From NCBI RefSeq assembly GCF_009914755.1, contig NC_060934.1: a stretch of DNA of 64,000 bases; one strand, written 5' to 3'. Shown here one piece after another: positions 48,340 through 63,837 of the stretch (positions within the stretch are counted from its first letter, which is position 1; each line of letters begins with the position of its first letter). Source of the DNA: the human T2T-CHM13v2.0 reference genome, Homo sapiens. The translations under genes and the position numbers were made by a program. The notes under the pieces were generated by a model. It was given only the letters and a program-made list of their open reading frames with translations, had not been told where the DNA came from and did not search any database.

Positions 48340-49700
48340 CCCAGCCTTTCACAAAGCGCGCATCGGTGTGGCCGTGGTGGCGTGGATGGAGATTATACGT
48401 GGGCTGAACACCAACAAGTGGGTGCGGACCTTCCTCCCGCTTTACCGTGAAGTCCCAGCCCGGAGCACGCGGCCGTGGTGAGCTGCGATCCCAGGCCCCG
48501 GCGCAGCGCTGAGACTGTGGCTCTCAATCCGCAGCAGCTGCTTCATCTGCTCAATGCCAGACTCCAAAAAGCATTTCTCTCGCAACAGGCCAGGGGAGGC
48601 AGCGTTCGGGGATGGGACGCCAAGAGTTAAGGGTGAGGCCGCACGCGTGCAGCTCCCCCGTGCTGCGCATGGCGCTGGGATCGGCCTGAGCGGCGGGTGA
48701 GTCCCTCTAAGCCGGCGGCGCCCGGTGCCCGGCTCCCTACGCGCGCCCCGCGGCCCCCGGGCTATTTTCAGCCACGCCGAGCCCTGTTTTAGGAGCTTGC
48801 ACAGCGGCTCCGCGGAGACCGGGACTGCGTGGGGGAGGATCGCGGCGGGGGCCGTCGCCGAGCAAGGAGCGCGGCCGCGGGGACCGCCCGGGAGTGGGGG
48901 CGGCGGGGCGGGCCGGGTTCGGGGCTCCTGCCCGCGGTGACGGTGACGCGCGCCCCCGCCCGCCGCCTCTGCCATGGCCGATCCGGTCCGTCGGACGCCG
49001 CCCAGAGTCGCTCGCGGGGAGCCTCGGTGAGCAGCGGCCGGGGTGGGGCCGCGACCGGGGGCCGGGCCTCTGCGCTGCGTCTGGCACGGTGCGTCCGGGA
49101 CGCGGGCGCCCTGGCGGCCGTGGGGCGGGCGGGGGGCGACGTCCCGAGGGAGGGGGTCCCGCGGCAGAGACGCCCCTGTCTGGGGCGGGGTCCTCCTTGC
49201 CTCTCCCGGCGGTCCCCCCGTGGGCGGGTCCTCTCCACGGCACCCCCTGCCCTGCACAGGCCTCGGCGCTGGCGTGACGCGGCCGCTGGGTGGGGCCCGC
49301 GCAGGTGCTGGGCCAGGGCTGGGGACCCGCATCTCCGTGTCTCCGACTGTGCCTCCCGCGGAAAGGGGCGCCGTGCGATTATTTTTATGTTGGTGTCTGG
49401 TTTTTAAATTTCACAGCCCCCATTTCAGGGATGGCCAGCGTGGCCGTGGGATGCTGACGATACGGGAAGCCAGAGAATAAAGGCTTTGGTGGAGGTCGGG
49501 AGGAGGCGCCGGCCTGGACAGTTTTCCTAGAAAATATTCTCTGCGTGTACCCGCGACCTTGCCTCTCGTGGAAAGCCGCTGGGAGTTGGAGCGGCTCCCT
49601 CCTGCCCCCGTCTGAGGTCTGGCTGGCTGTTTTCTTGGTGAGGTGCTGGAATGCACAGGAGGCTCTCCTAGGCAAGCTGTCTGCAAATGTAAGAAATGGG
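48340..49700. promoter_or_regulatory. CpG island, TATA-less promoter
   Basis: Very high GC and CpG density with multiple GC boxes (GGGGCGGG, CCCGCC) and tandem GGTGACG GTGACG half-CRE-like motifs at ~48936-48948. Confidence 0.95.
48974..49026 (+). CDS. Putative first-exon start (MADPVRRTPPRVARGEP-R), either true N-terminus or uORF of an unidentified gene
   Basis: Strong Kozak GCCATGG at 48974 within the CpG island, ending at donor TCG|GTGAGC (GT at 49027). No second exon recognised in the window. Confidence 0.45.
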
Positions 49701-50801
49701 GTGGTGACGCGCAGACCTGGGATTCGCTTGCAGAACCTAGGAAATCCGTTGTCATGGAGGGAGCCAGGGAGCTCTTAGGTGTTGGGGAAGCCTCCCTCCA
49801 CCTGCGGGTGGGTGGCAGGAGGAGAAAGTGCCAGGCCGTGTGTCTGCAGGGGCTGAGGATTAAACGCAGGGGTCAAAAGACCCCTGCTGGATTTGGTGGT
49901 GAATCAGTGCTGGCTTTGGCAGCTGGGGCAGGATTCCCTCCCTCAAGTAAAGGGCAAGTCGGGCTGCTCTGCTGACCCCTTAGTAAACTGGAGTGGGGAG
50001 GGCGGAGTGTCTCCAGGAGGCTCAGCGGAAGGCGGGCAGGCACCCTGCAGCCCTTTCAGGAGGAAGAGCCTGGCCAAGCGCATATCTGGTTTGGGCTTCA
50101 GTTGCCTGGGCCGCAGCGCAGGCTTCCCCCTACCCCTGCCCCGGGGGCCTGGCCCAGGGCTGCTCTGGGGCTGTAGAGAACAGCAGTACCAATTGGCCCC
50201 GAGTCGGTTGCAGCCTTTGCCACAAATCTGGAAGAAGCCGGGAATGTCACTCCTTGTCTGGCCTGGTCAGCTTTCTACTACAAAGTAATATGCCTGGCAA
50301 GAAGCAACTTATGTAACAACAAGTTATAGTTTGGAGTTCATTGAGGATATAGTTTGTTTTAAGTAGGATTTTTCAAGCAAATTGATCTGTCCATGGACAA
50401 GCTTCCTGTTTTAGGACATTATTTATATTGAAAATAGCTGCCCAGACATGATTCTGGCTTTTATTGTCAATTTCCAATGATAGCCACTGAAATCCAGATT
50501 TTGAAAGGGAAAGATGAAGAGGACTGGTGGTGGGTTCCGTTCAGGTGGGTTCAGTTCAGCATGCCCTGCAGTCAGCGTTTCTCACACTCCAGGTGCCCCG
50601 AGGGAGCCCACGCACAGGGCACAACCCCCACGGCAGTCAGCTCATAGTCAGCAGGTTCCAGGCTCTGGGGTTTGGTCCCACAAGTGTGCATCCATGACAC
50701 TTTTGCAAGATCTAGGAGTTTGTGGAAAATGGCATAACAATAAGCTAATTTTTAAAAAAAGACGACACAAAAGAAATAGCGATGATCAAAATAGTCAACC
50801 A

Positions 50802-51096
50802 TGGCCAGGTGTGGTGGCTCATGCCTGGAATCCCAGCACTTTGGGAGGCCCAGGTGGGTGGATCACCTGAGTTCAGGAGTTCTAGACCAGCTTGGCCAAC
50901 ATAGTGAATCCCTGTCTCTATGAAGAATACAATAATTAGCTGGGCATGGTGTGCCTGTAATCCCAGCTCCTCGGGATGGTGAGGCAGGAGAATTGCTTGA
51001 ACCCAGGAGGCAAGAGGTTGCAATGAGCTGAGATCGCGCCACTGCACTCCAGCCTGGGCAACAGAATGAGACTGTCTCAAAAAAAAAAAAAAAAAA
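50802..51096 (+). mobile_element. AluS
   Basis: Alu dimer with A tail. Confidence 0.93.
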
Positions 51097-52334
51097 CCAT
51101 CATAAACATACTTGCTGCATGTATGGCAGGCTCTGTTCCATTTCTTTACCTGTGTTACGGGGTGTGGGTGTCCCCCTGTTAGGGTACAAGAGCTGGGCTG
51201 CAGGGGCTCAGGAGAAGCCCGGGATGGGCTGGGAAGAGCTGCAGAGGCAGGTGGAGGCCACACCCTTCACCCAGCGGAGCCGCTCGTGAGGCCACACGGG
51301 GAACCAGGCTCAGGCCACATCAAGGAGCATGCAGTTCAGCAAGGGAGGAGGTACAGACATCGCCTAAAATCACCAGAACTAAGGAGTGTGGAGTTGCAAA
51401 CTCAGCATTCGAACCTCTGTCTCATTTTTAAAAATATTTAAACATTTTTTTAATAGAGACAAGATCTTGGTATATTGCCCAAGCTGGTCTTGAACTCCTG
51501 ATCTCAAGTGATCCTCCTGCCTTGGTCTCCCAGACTGCTGGGATTATGGGCATGAGCCACCGTGCCCAGCCAGGACCTATGTCTCTTAGCTGTGATTCAG
51601 GAACTTAGTCACCTCAGCTTGGGCCCGGATCCCACACCAGGCCCCCGTCTGCCCTGCCTTGCCCCCTCCGGTTTTGACATCCCCCCATACCTGCAACCCC
51701 CAAGCAGAACAGTCTCAGTCAGGCCACCCACCGTTTCCCAGTAAGGCCAAGGGCTAGACCCTTTCTCCCATGGCCCCTGGACAGCGTGGTCCCTGCAAGG
51801 CTGAGAGGCCTGGCCCTCTACACGTGCCAGGACTTCCTGCTGCATGTCACCTGCCTGTGGCTCACTGGCTTCCCTGGCAGAGGTCTCTTAGTACAGCAGC
51901 ACATCTGTGCACTCCAGAGAGGCGACCCCCACTCCCTCCATAGCGCTGGGCTGTCAGACCAGTGAGGTCTGAAAATCTGGCTGGCCCCCGATTCCCTACA
52001 GCGGCATCCAGCAAAGGTCTTGAAGATGGGGGAAGCTTCATTTCTGGCCTCCTCTCTCGGCCTCCAGCCGCTGTATTGACTTGGCTCTTACAGCCTCTCT
52101 GGGTTGCCCCCACCTCCACGCCTCACGTGCTGGGGCGCCTCTGCAAGTCACGCTGTGTGTGGAGGTCTCACTGCTCCCCAAGTCTTTGCCATGACACTAA
52201 GCACTTGGGTTCCTTCACAAGCTCGTGCTTCTTTGTTTTGTTTATAAAAATTCTAAAATTTCAGAAGGCTGGGATGAAGACAATCAGTACTCATAACTAA
52301 CACGTGCCCAGGTGACTGCTGTAAGTCATTAGGT

Positions 52335-52673
52335 GCTGCTGTGGACCAAATTGTGTCCCCCAAGTTCACAGGTTGCGCTCTGACCCCCAATGTAATGGTA
52401 TTGGGGGGGTGGGCCCTTTGGGAGCTGACGGGGTGAGATGAGGTTATAGGGTGGGCCCCCAGGATGGGATGGGTGCCCTTACAAGAAGGGACATGGGATC
52501 GGGCTCTCTCCACAGGGCACAGAGGCAGCTCTGTAAGCCAGGAAGGACCCTCACCAGGAACCAAACCGGCCGGCTCCTTGGCCTCAGACTTCCAGCTCCA
52601 GAACTGCGAGAAATGTCTTGTTTAGGCTGCCTGGTCTGTGGCATATTGTGATGGGGATGAGCTGACCGAGACA
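52335..52673 (+). mobile_element. MLT1A-type MaLR solo LTR
   Basis: TGCTGTGGACCAAATTGTGTCCCCCAAGTTCA...GACTTCCAGCTCCAGAACTGCGAGAAAT...CTGACCGAGACA. Confidence 0.82.
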
Positions 52674-52924
52674 GGGCCCTCCCCTCGCTCCGTATCTATA
52701 CATCTGCTGGCTGCCTGCTGACCTCCTGACCGCTGATGGGTTTGCAGACTCCCCCAGCCACACACAGAGTTTGGATCATGCTATAATCATTTTATATCCT
52801 GCTTTTTAAAAATGTCATATTCATGAGCATTTTTTTACTATTCAATTGTTTCTTTAATCAGTTCCTTATAAAGTATTTTGGGTTGATTTTAATCCTTTAC
52901 AATTGTGAACCACTCCCGATGAGC

Positions 52925-53637
<713 letters not shown>

Positions 53638-54106
53638 TAGGTGCCAGTGGGAACAGCCAGGGTGGGGAACCCTGAGAGGAGGTGAGAGGATGAGGGCGGC
53701 TGTATGCAGGATCCCGGCAGCATGGGCTGTGTTCTGGGAGCTGCTGCCCCGGACGGGCACAGCGGTAAACACCAGGAGCCAGTGTGGCCCCTCTGCCGCG
53801 TGTCCCCACGCCCTAGGAGGTGCATCTTCTGGTGTTGGGAGTATGGGAGACTTGGCTGGGGCTGGGCCAGCAAGGCCGACACCCCCACTCCTTTCCTGCG
53901 GCTGGTGGCATCATTGAGCACCACGGTCAGGAAAGCTGGAAACATAGCACGCTGGCCCCGTGGCCCAGGCTGGGTGGGCATGTGAGCTGCTAAGAGAATT
54001 TCATCGTCCGTTATAGCTGGCCTGAACTGTCGCGTGGCTAGCCTGTGCCAGCAGACACCTGCTCTGCCTGGGATCCCACCTCAGGCCTCTTCCATGGCTG
54101 CTTGTG

Positions 54107-54796
<690 letters not shown>

Positions 54797-55137
54797 CTGT
54801 GTTTCTCTTTTCATCTTCACTCCTCTTCATGGTGCGGCCACCCTGGATCACCTGGAGTTCCTCCCTCCCCATCCTGGCTGCAGGGATGAGTGCAGGCTCT
54901 CAGGAACCAGGGACTGCGTGGGGAGAGGGCTGGAGCCTGTGTCCTCTGATAGCCAGGCCATAGCATCCTGGAGCAGCTTTGGAGAGCCCGTCTGTTCCTT
55001 TCCTCTGGTTTTAGAGCTCTCTGCCATTGTAACTCACCCTGGATCATTAGGGTATTAGAAATAGTTAAGAAAACCAGGTGCTTGAAGAGCTGTTTTGTAT
55101 CAGCTTTACTTGGCTGGTCCTATAAAAGGCTTTTCCT

Positions 55138-55764
<627 letters not shown>

Positions 55765-56499
55765 TGAAGTCTGGTGCAGCACCGCAGAGAATCCAGGGGG
55801 AAACGGGGTTGGATGCTGTTGCCCCCAAAGCACTTCTTTCCTGTTTTAGTTTTTAAATGTTTTTCAGTCCTAGTCAGGATTCCAGCAAAGCATTTCTCTG
55901 ATGAGAATCCCACAGGCGCCTGGGCTTTACCAATGTGGGGGTCCAGGAGCCCGTGGACACAGGCAAGCCCGAGGGAAATGTTTTCCACCTGGACACAGCA
56001 TGACGAGGAGGGCTGGGGGGAGCGGGGCCCTTTCCAGCCCTGGCTCTTCATCAGCTGGACCATGTGGGGAGGAAGAATTCTCTGCCCCGCCCTGGGCTTC
56101 AGGCGTCGGTGTTAATGATCTCCTGGGTTGTTTTCCTTAACATTTGAATTAAAATCCCAAGAGGAGAATAAGGATTGGAAATAAGCTAGGAATTGAATCA
56201 AGTTGAGTTTTTTGCTTTTTGAGCAATGAGATTCAAGATCTTTCCTCTTATCCTGCTGGGCCTGCGTTTGATCCCAGCATGGTCCCAAAATCCATCCAAA
56301 GAGGGCAGGAAGTGCACAGACCTCGGGGTTCAGTAGGCTCTCAGGCAGTTCAGATACCGTGTGTGCAGTGGCGCTTGTGGCCCACCTGGGGACACAGGCT
56401 GCCGCCTTGATGCTGCTCCCCTGGGACCAGCCCGATGCCTGGTGGGGGGGCTTCTCTGGGCCCTCAGCTGCCCTTAGGGCCGCCCTTCCAGGTGGCTCG

Positions 56500-57600
56500 C
56501 CACAGCTCCTGCTCCAGTGCCCTTAGCAAACATTTCCTAGACACGTCTCCTGGTCCAGGCATCGTGGACCTCCCTGGGGTGAGTAGTCAACACAGACACA
56601 GTCCCTGCCTGCTGGGAGTGGCCAGTGGCTGAGACAGACACAACTTCAGCCGTCGTGCAAACAGGTCATCTTAGCAGTGACCACTGCCACCAACGAGTTG
56701 TCACAATTCTGCAAGAGCTCGTGATGGGAGCTCACCAGTCTAGTAGGGAAGGTCAGGGAAGGCTGCTTGGGAAAACAGTTATGGCTGGTGCAGAGGAGGG
56801 TGCGGCCGGTGCAGAGGAGGATGCAGGAGGAGTGGGAGAAGCCAGTGTGGCCCAAGGGAGCTGGGGTGCACCTGGGACTAGAGCAGGCTGGGGTCCTGGC
56901 GCGGGCTCTTCCTCAGGGCAGCAGGACGCCACCACATGCTGCGCCCAGGATGGAGGTTTTGTTTTAAATTGTGGCGAAATACACATACAAGTCACCATCT
57001 GAACCATTTTTAGGTGTGCGGCTCAGAGTAGGGACAATCGCAGTGCTGTGCAAACCACCTCCAGAACGATTTCATCTTCCCAAACGGAAACTGTACCCCC
57101 CACCCAGCCCCTGACACCCCCACTGGTCTTTGATTCCTTTAGGGGCCTCAGCTGAGTAGAATCATGGTATTTGTGCGTGTGTGTGACTGGCGTGCTTCAC
57201 CGTGTTGCATGCGCGTCAGGATTTCCTTCCTTGAAGGCTGAATCCTACTCCACGGAAGGGATGTGCGTTTTGCTGACTCATCATCCGCGGGTGGACACTG
57301 GGGGGCTCCATGTTTCAGTCTTGCGAATCATGCTGCTATGAACAGGGATGTGCACATGCCCGTCCGAGATTCTGCTTTCAGTTCTTTCATCCCGTTTTCC
57401 ACAGTGCCTGCCTCAGTTCAGGTTCCTACCAGCCGTGCACGAGCGTTCCAGTTTCCCCACATCCTCGCAACGCTCCCTTTCCATTCTGTGCCGTTTTGAT
57501 CCCGGCCATCCTCACGGGTGAGCAGGTGGCTCGCTGCAGCTGGGTCTGCGTTTCCCCAGTGAGCAGGGATTCTGAGCCTGTTTCATGCTTGTTGGCTGCC
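56500..57600 (-). mobile_element. L2 fragment (~56500-56960) and L1MB-like fragment (~56960-57600)
   Basis: CAAACATTTCCTAGACAC..., ACAGACACAGTCCCTGCC (L2); ACCATCTGAACCATTTTTAGGTGT, TTCATCTTCCCAAACGGAAAC (L1MB). Confidence 0.7.
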
Positions 57601-57941
57601 TGGATGTTGGCTTCTCCCTTCTTCCTGATGTGATTTTGGGCGCGTCTCTGTCTCCCCGGCAGATTTTAAGCTCCTCTAGGAGAGGGTCCGAGGCTGACTT
57701 AGCACTGCATCACCCTCTACCCGCACCTGGCACAGGTGGGTGCTCAGGAGAGGCAGCTTCCCTAATTAGTGAAGGGCACATGTGGTTGTGCTGAGGCCCT
57801 TGTGTCTTCCAGCCCTCAAGGAGAGCCCGCGGTGTGAGCTGAGGTGTCGAGAGGGAAGTGTACTGAGGTCTGCAGCTCACTTGGAAGTGAATACAAAAGT
57901 ATGATATGTGTTTATAATTCTTTATTTCAAGAATATACTTT

Positions 57942-58882
<941 letters not shown>

Positions 58883-59052
58883 TCAGCTGTGCGCATCCGC
58901 CACGGCTTATTTATCCATTCTCCTAGTTTAGGCTCTTTTAAATCAAGCTGTCATGAACTTTTAAGTTTTAAAATAATTTTAGATTTACCACAAAAGTTGC
59001 AAAAACAGAAGAGAATTCTGTATACCCTTCACCCAGGTTCTCCTAAGGTTTT

Positions 59053-59794
59053 TTCAACCTAAGAGGAAGAAGCTGAGGCAAAATTAACCCAAGTAGAGAG
59101 CTATTTGGGCCAAGCTTGAGGAACTTGCCGCTTGGGAACACTGATTAAAGTTGCCCTTAATATACACTGTGATTAGCAGCAGTTACAACTGGATTTTTTT
59201 TTAGTTGAGGTCTTGCTCTGTTGTCCAGACTGGAGTGCAGGGGCATAATCAGAGCTCATTGCAACCTTGTACTCCTGGGCTCAAGCAATTGTCCTGCCCC
59301 AGCTCTCCTGAGTCACTGGGACTGCAGGTGCCACCACACCCAGCTATTTAAAAACATTTTTTTGTGTGTGGAGACAGGGTCTCACTATGTTGCCCAGGCT
59401 AGTCTTGAACTCCTGGCCTCCAGCAATCCTCCTAAAGTGCTGGGGTTATAGCCATGAGCCACTACACCCAGCCACAAGCAGGTTTTTTAAGGTAAAAAGG
59501 CAGGGCAGGGAGTGGACTGATATAAAGTTGTTTGTCAGAAATTCTCATTGGTTTGCAGAGATAACATTGATTGGCATTGGCTATCCATAGCTAAGCTACA
59601 GGCCATGGGTTATAGTGTCTGGTGCAGCATTACTGCGTTAATTGATAGTTACCGTGGCAATAGCAGTTTCCAGAGAGGAACGCATAGCTCAAAGTGGAGG
59701 AGTAGGGCATGACTGCTGCTTCGTTTTAATGTGTCTCTGGGCCTGATCATTAAAAGGACCTGCATACTTCAGATAAAGTTCTTTTTCTTTCCCA
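59053..59794 (-). mobile_element. ERV1 solo LTR (MER65-like) containing AluJ(-) 59193-59473
   Basis: Reverse complement begins TGGGAAAGAAAAAGAACTTTATCTGAAGTATGCAGGTCCTTTTAATGATCAGGCCCAGAGA. Subfamily uncertain. Confidence 0.7.
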
Positions 59795-59929
59795 GCTAGC
59801 ATCTCGTACAGCCACAGTGCATTTGCCAAAACCAGGACACTAACATTGGTACAACATCATCACCCAAGCCACACACCTGTCCTAATCCCACAGGTTCCCG
59901 TGGACATCCTCCTCCTGACCCAGGGTCCC

Positions 59930-60180
59930 CACCCCCCGCTGCGAGTTGGCGGTGTACGGAGCTGTGCGCCCCCACCGCGCCACGAGCTTTCAGTGCACAG
60001 AACTGAGTGTTCCCCACCCCACGCCCCGCCCTCTGCGAGCTGAGTGTCCCCTCATGGAGCTGTGTGTCCCCCCACCCCGCCACGAGCTTTCAGTGCACAG
60101 AACTGAGTGTTCCCCACCCCCGCCCCGCCCCCCGCGAGCTGACGGTGCATGGAGCTGGGGTGCGCGGAGCTGTGTGTGTC
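59930..60180. repeat. GC-rich tandem repeat, 100-bp period, about 2.5 copies
   Basis: CACGAGCTTTCAGTGCACAGAACTGAGTGTTCCCCACCCC at 59981 and 60081. Confidence 0.88.
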
Positions 60181-60904
60181 TCCTCGGGCTCCTCCGGCTG
60201 TGGCGCCGCCTGTGTCTTTCCTTGTATTGTGTGGCCTTGGTCCTTCTGAAGACTTCTCGTCTGTTATTTCATAAAGGGTCCCCAGTGTGGGTTTAGCTGG
60301 GGTTCTCTCGTGACGGGAACGAGGTCGTGCATTTTGGTAGGAATAGCATGGATGGTGCATCCTCCGCGTGGAGCAGAGCAGGTGTGATGTTGAGGGCGAT
60401 GTTGCTGGACCACGGGGCTGAGGTTGTGTCTGCTGGTTTCTCCTCGGGGAAGGGGCTTCCTTTTGGGAAGTCCCTGTTCAGAGCTTTCCTCCGTAGTTAA
60501 TGGCTCTCCGAGCGCTGCTTTGAGACTGCGCAGGGCCTGCTTCTTGGGCCTGGTTCTTGAGTCTCTGCTCCTGGCCTTGGCACCGGGTGCTCTCGGGCTC
60601 CCAGGCACTGGCCTGTCGTGCTTTTCCACTCCCTGCGATTTGCTGTAAGGAAAGGCTGTTCCTTCTCCCCATTTGTCTGTTTGTTTATGTCAGTAGGGAC
60701 ACGTGGATACTTATTCCATGGGCTAAAATCCGGTAATGACAATATTTGCTTTGTTAAACAAATTACTCCAGCTTTGAGCTTCAGGAGCTCCTGGCTGGCT
60801 GCTGTGTTCTGTTGACCAGCTCATCATGGTTTTGCGGTGTGTGTGTGTGTTTTGTTAAGTATTTCCTTACTTTCTGGAACCATCAGAAATTCCAGGCTTG
60901 ACTG

Positions 60905-61188
60905 TTTCTTTTCTTTTTTTTTTTTTTTTTTTGAGATGGAGTCTTGCTCTGTCACCCAGGCTAGAGTGCTCCGCCTCCCGGGTTCACGCCATTCTCCTGG
61001 CTCAGCCTCCTGAGTAGCTGGAACTACAGGCACCCGCCACCACCCCCGACTAATTTTTTTTGTATTTTTTGGTAGAGACAAGGCTTCACCGTGTTAGCCA
61101 GGATAGTCTCGATCTCCTGACCTCGTGATCCGCCTGCCTTCGCCTCCCAAAGTGCTGGGATTACAGGCGTGAGCCACCGCGCCCGGCC
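60905..61188 (-). mobile_element. AluY with a short internal deletion
   Basis: AGAGTG joins directly to CTCCGCCTCCCGGG; AluY-type GTGTTAGCCAGGAT.GTCTCGATCTCC. Confidence 0.92.
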
Positions 61189-61913
61189 TGGGCTTGCCTG
61201 TTTCTAAAATCCTTAGTCTATGCTTTCTTTCCTGGAGCTTTTTTCTTTTCTTTTTAATGTTGCCACATTGTTTCTTTACTTCTCTGGTGGTCCTGAAAGC
61301 CTGCTGCTGGTCCCGGCCGACTCCATCAAGTTAATTGACCTTTTTGCCTGGAAGCCTTGAGGATTTTATCTTTAGCTCTGAAATGGAATAGTTTCACCAG
61401 CATGTCTCAAAGTTGGTGGTCTGGGTTGATTTTCTAGCGGCTGGCGAGCTCTTTGCACCGTGGATTCGGGTCTGTTTCTATGTAGGGACGGTCTTCCGGG
61501 AGCACAGCTATAGCTATGAGCACTGACCCACGGCTTTGCTTCCCTTCCTTAGGGCTGGGAGTGCTGCCCTCCTCCTCACCTTCCACTTCCTCCTCTTTCT
61601 TGCTGACCTGTTACTTTTCTCTTTATGTCATTTTATTTTCTTGTTTCTCCCCTTGCCTATTCTTCAACTGCCTCTTATTAAATTGTCGTTTGTGTTATTC
61701 TCCCTTGGGCATCTTACAATTTATTTCTCATTTTTGAGATGCTTTTTTTTTTCCTGAGTTCAATACATTCTTTTTTCATTTCTCTGATTTTTTGCCCTAA
61801 GCTGTTGAATTCCTAAATCGGGGTGTTTTTCCATATCCTTGAATGCTGTTTGCGTGTGCCCGGTTCTGTTTGGATGTACAGGTTTCTTCTGCCTTGTGTT
61901 TTTTCTTTTTTAA

Positions 61914-62045
<132 letters not shown>

Positions 62046-63088
62046 TAACAGGGAGGGAATTTGTATCAGTTCTTTTTCCTGATTTTCTTCCATAGTCTTC
62101 TGTGACGTTTTTGTTTTGGCTATTTTTGATATTGGGATATTTTACAAGGTTCCCAGCTTAATGAATCCCTTTTCTGTCAGCCTGGCGATGTCCACACATT
62201 TTAGTGAGGTTTTTTTGTTTCGTTTTGATGATGGAGGTTTGTGAATATTCCCAAGTTCATGGTCATATTTTGTCTCTCAGGACCTTATCTCTTTCTCTCT
62301 CTTTTTCTTCTTTTCTCTTCCTCTACCTGATTGCCAAAGGGAGCTTCTCTCTTCCTTTTTGCCTTCTTTTCTCCCCGGAAGTTCTGTGTTTGGAGGACTG
62401 ATGTTTTCAATTGCATGCCTGTTTGCATCACTCTTGCCTCTCTGAGCCGGGTTTGCCTCTCTGAAGAGCTCACAGCCCATTTCCTGGCCCTCAGATCCTC
62501 GCGCTGCCCGTTAACAGGGTCTGGCTGCTTGGGTTCTCTGAGGCTTCTTTCCGGCAGTGACAGAGGCCCTGCCCAGGCACCTCTCTGGCTCACCCACGTG
62601 GAAAGCAGCTTTCTTCTTTGTGGTGGTGTCCAATGGACCCTTCATCGCTCAGCTTGGGTCCCTGTGGTTTCTGCCGGTCGCCTTTGCCACCAGAGGGCGG
62701 GAAGTAGTGGGGTGGGGAGCGGGAGGATGTGGGGCCTGGATTTGTTGCTTTTTCTCTTTTTACTCAGTTACTTAGCAGTTTTTGGCACTCTCCAGCTTCA
62801 TCTTCAAGTCATGCCAAGGGTGTAGTTTGGTGAAGGATTTCTTGAGGTTGTAAAATTATTTTACATAATTTAGGAAGGAGATTTGGGGGGGGTTGATTAT
62901 GGTAACAGCCTACATTAGCTTCCACCCTGATCATTCCCATACAAGGCACATTTTTTCATTTTTTGTGGAGAACCTTCTAGGGGTAGAACCACTGGGTTGT
63001 AAGGTAGGTGTGCATTTTGACTGATAAGAAAAACAAAACACCACATGCACCATTTTGGATGAAAGTTGTTCTGCATCCTTGCTAACAT

Positions 63089-63697
63089 CTGGCATGGTTG
63101 GTCTTGTTAATTCCAGCCGTTCTGGTGAGTGGGTACCTGCCTGTCTTTCCTGGCACGGTTGGTCTTGTTAATTCCAGCCGTTCTGGTGAGTGGGTACCTG
63201 CCTGTCTTTCCTGGCATGTTGGTCTTGTTAATTCCAGCTGTTCTGGTGGGTGGGTACCTGCCTGTCTTTCCTGGCATGGTTGGTCTTGTTAATTCCAGCC
63301 GTTCTGGTTGGGGGGTACCTGCCTGTCTTTCCTGGCATGTTGGTCTTGTTAATTCCAGCCGTTCTGGTGAGTGGGTACCTGCCTGTCTTTCCTGGCACGG
63401 TTGGTCTTGTTAATTCCAGCCATTCTGGTGGGTGGGTACCTGCCTGTCTTTCCTGGCACGGTTGGTCTTGTTAATTCCAGCCGTTCTGGTTGGGGGGTAC
63501 CTGCCTGTCTTTCCTGGCACGGTTGGTCTTAATTCCAGCCGTTCTGGTTGGGGGGTACCTGCCTGTCTTTCCTGGCACGGTTGGTCTTGTTAATTCCAGC
63601 TGTTCTGGTTGGGGGGTACCTGCCTGTCTTTCCTGGCATGGTTGGTCTTGTTAATTCCAGCCGTTCTGGTTATGTGGGGGGGTACCTGCCTGTCTTT
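63089..63697. repeat. Minisatellite, about 61-bp unit x10, inside an antisense L1M relic
   Basis: Unit CTGGCA(C/T)GGTTGGTCTTGTTAATTCCAGCCGTTCTGGTGAGTGGGTACCTGCCTGTCTTTC starting at 63089, 63150, 63211, 63271, 63332, 63392, 63453, 63514, 63572 and 63633. Confidence 0.97.
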
Positions 63698-63837
63698 GTG
63701 GGTTTAATGACCATTTCCCTGCCTGCTCATGATTCTGGGGGCTTCTTTACATCTGTTGGACATTTGTACACCTACTTTTGTGAAGTGCCTGTTGGATTCT
63801 TTTGCCTATTTTTTTAATTAGGTTGTTTGTCTTTTGA

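Noticed and set aside
48340-49700. Naming the CpG-island gene
   Set aside because: I do not recognise the first-exon sequence or peptide, and no downstream coding exon is visible; a BLAT search is required.
63089-63697. Regular repeat array as CRISPR-like, or as a repeat membrane protein
   Set aside because: The units are head-to-tail with no unique spacers, there are no cas genes, and the context is eukaryotic; it is a VNTR within an L1 relic.
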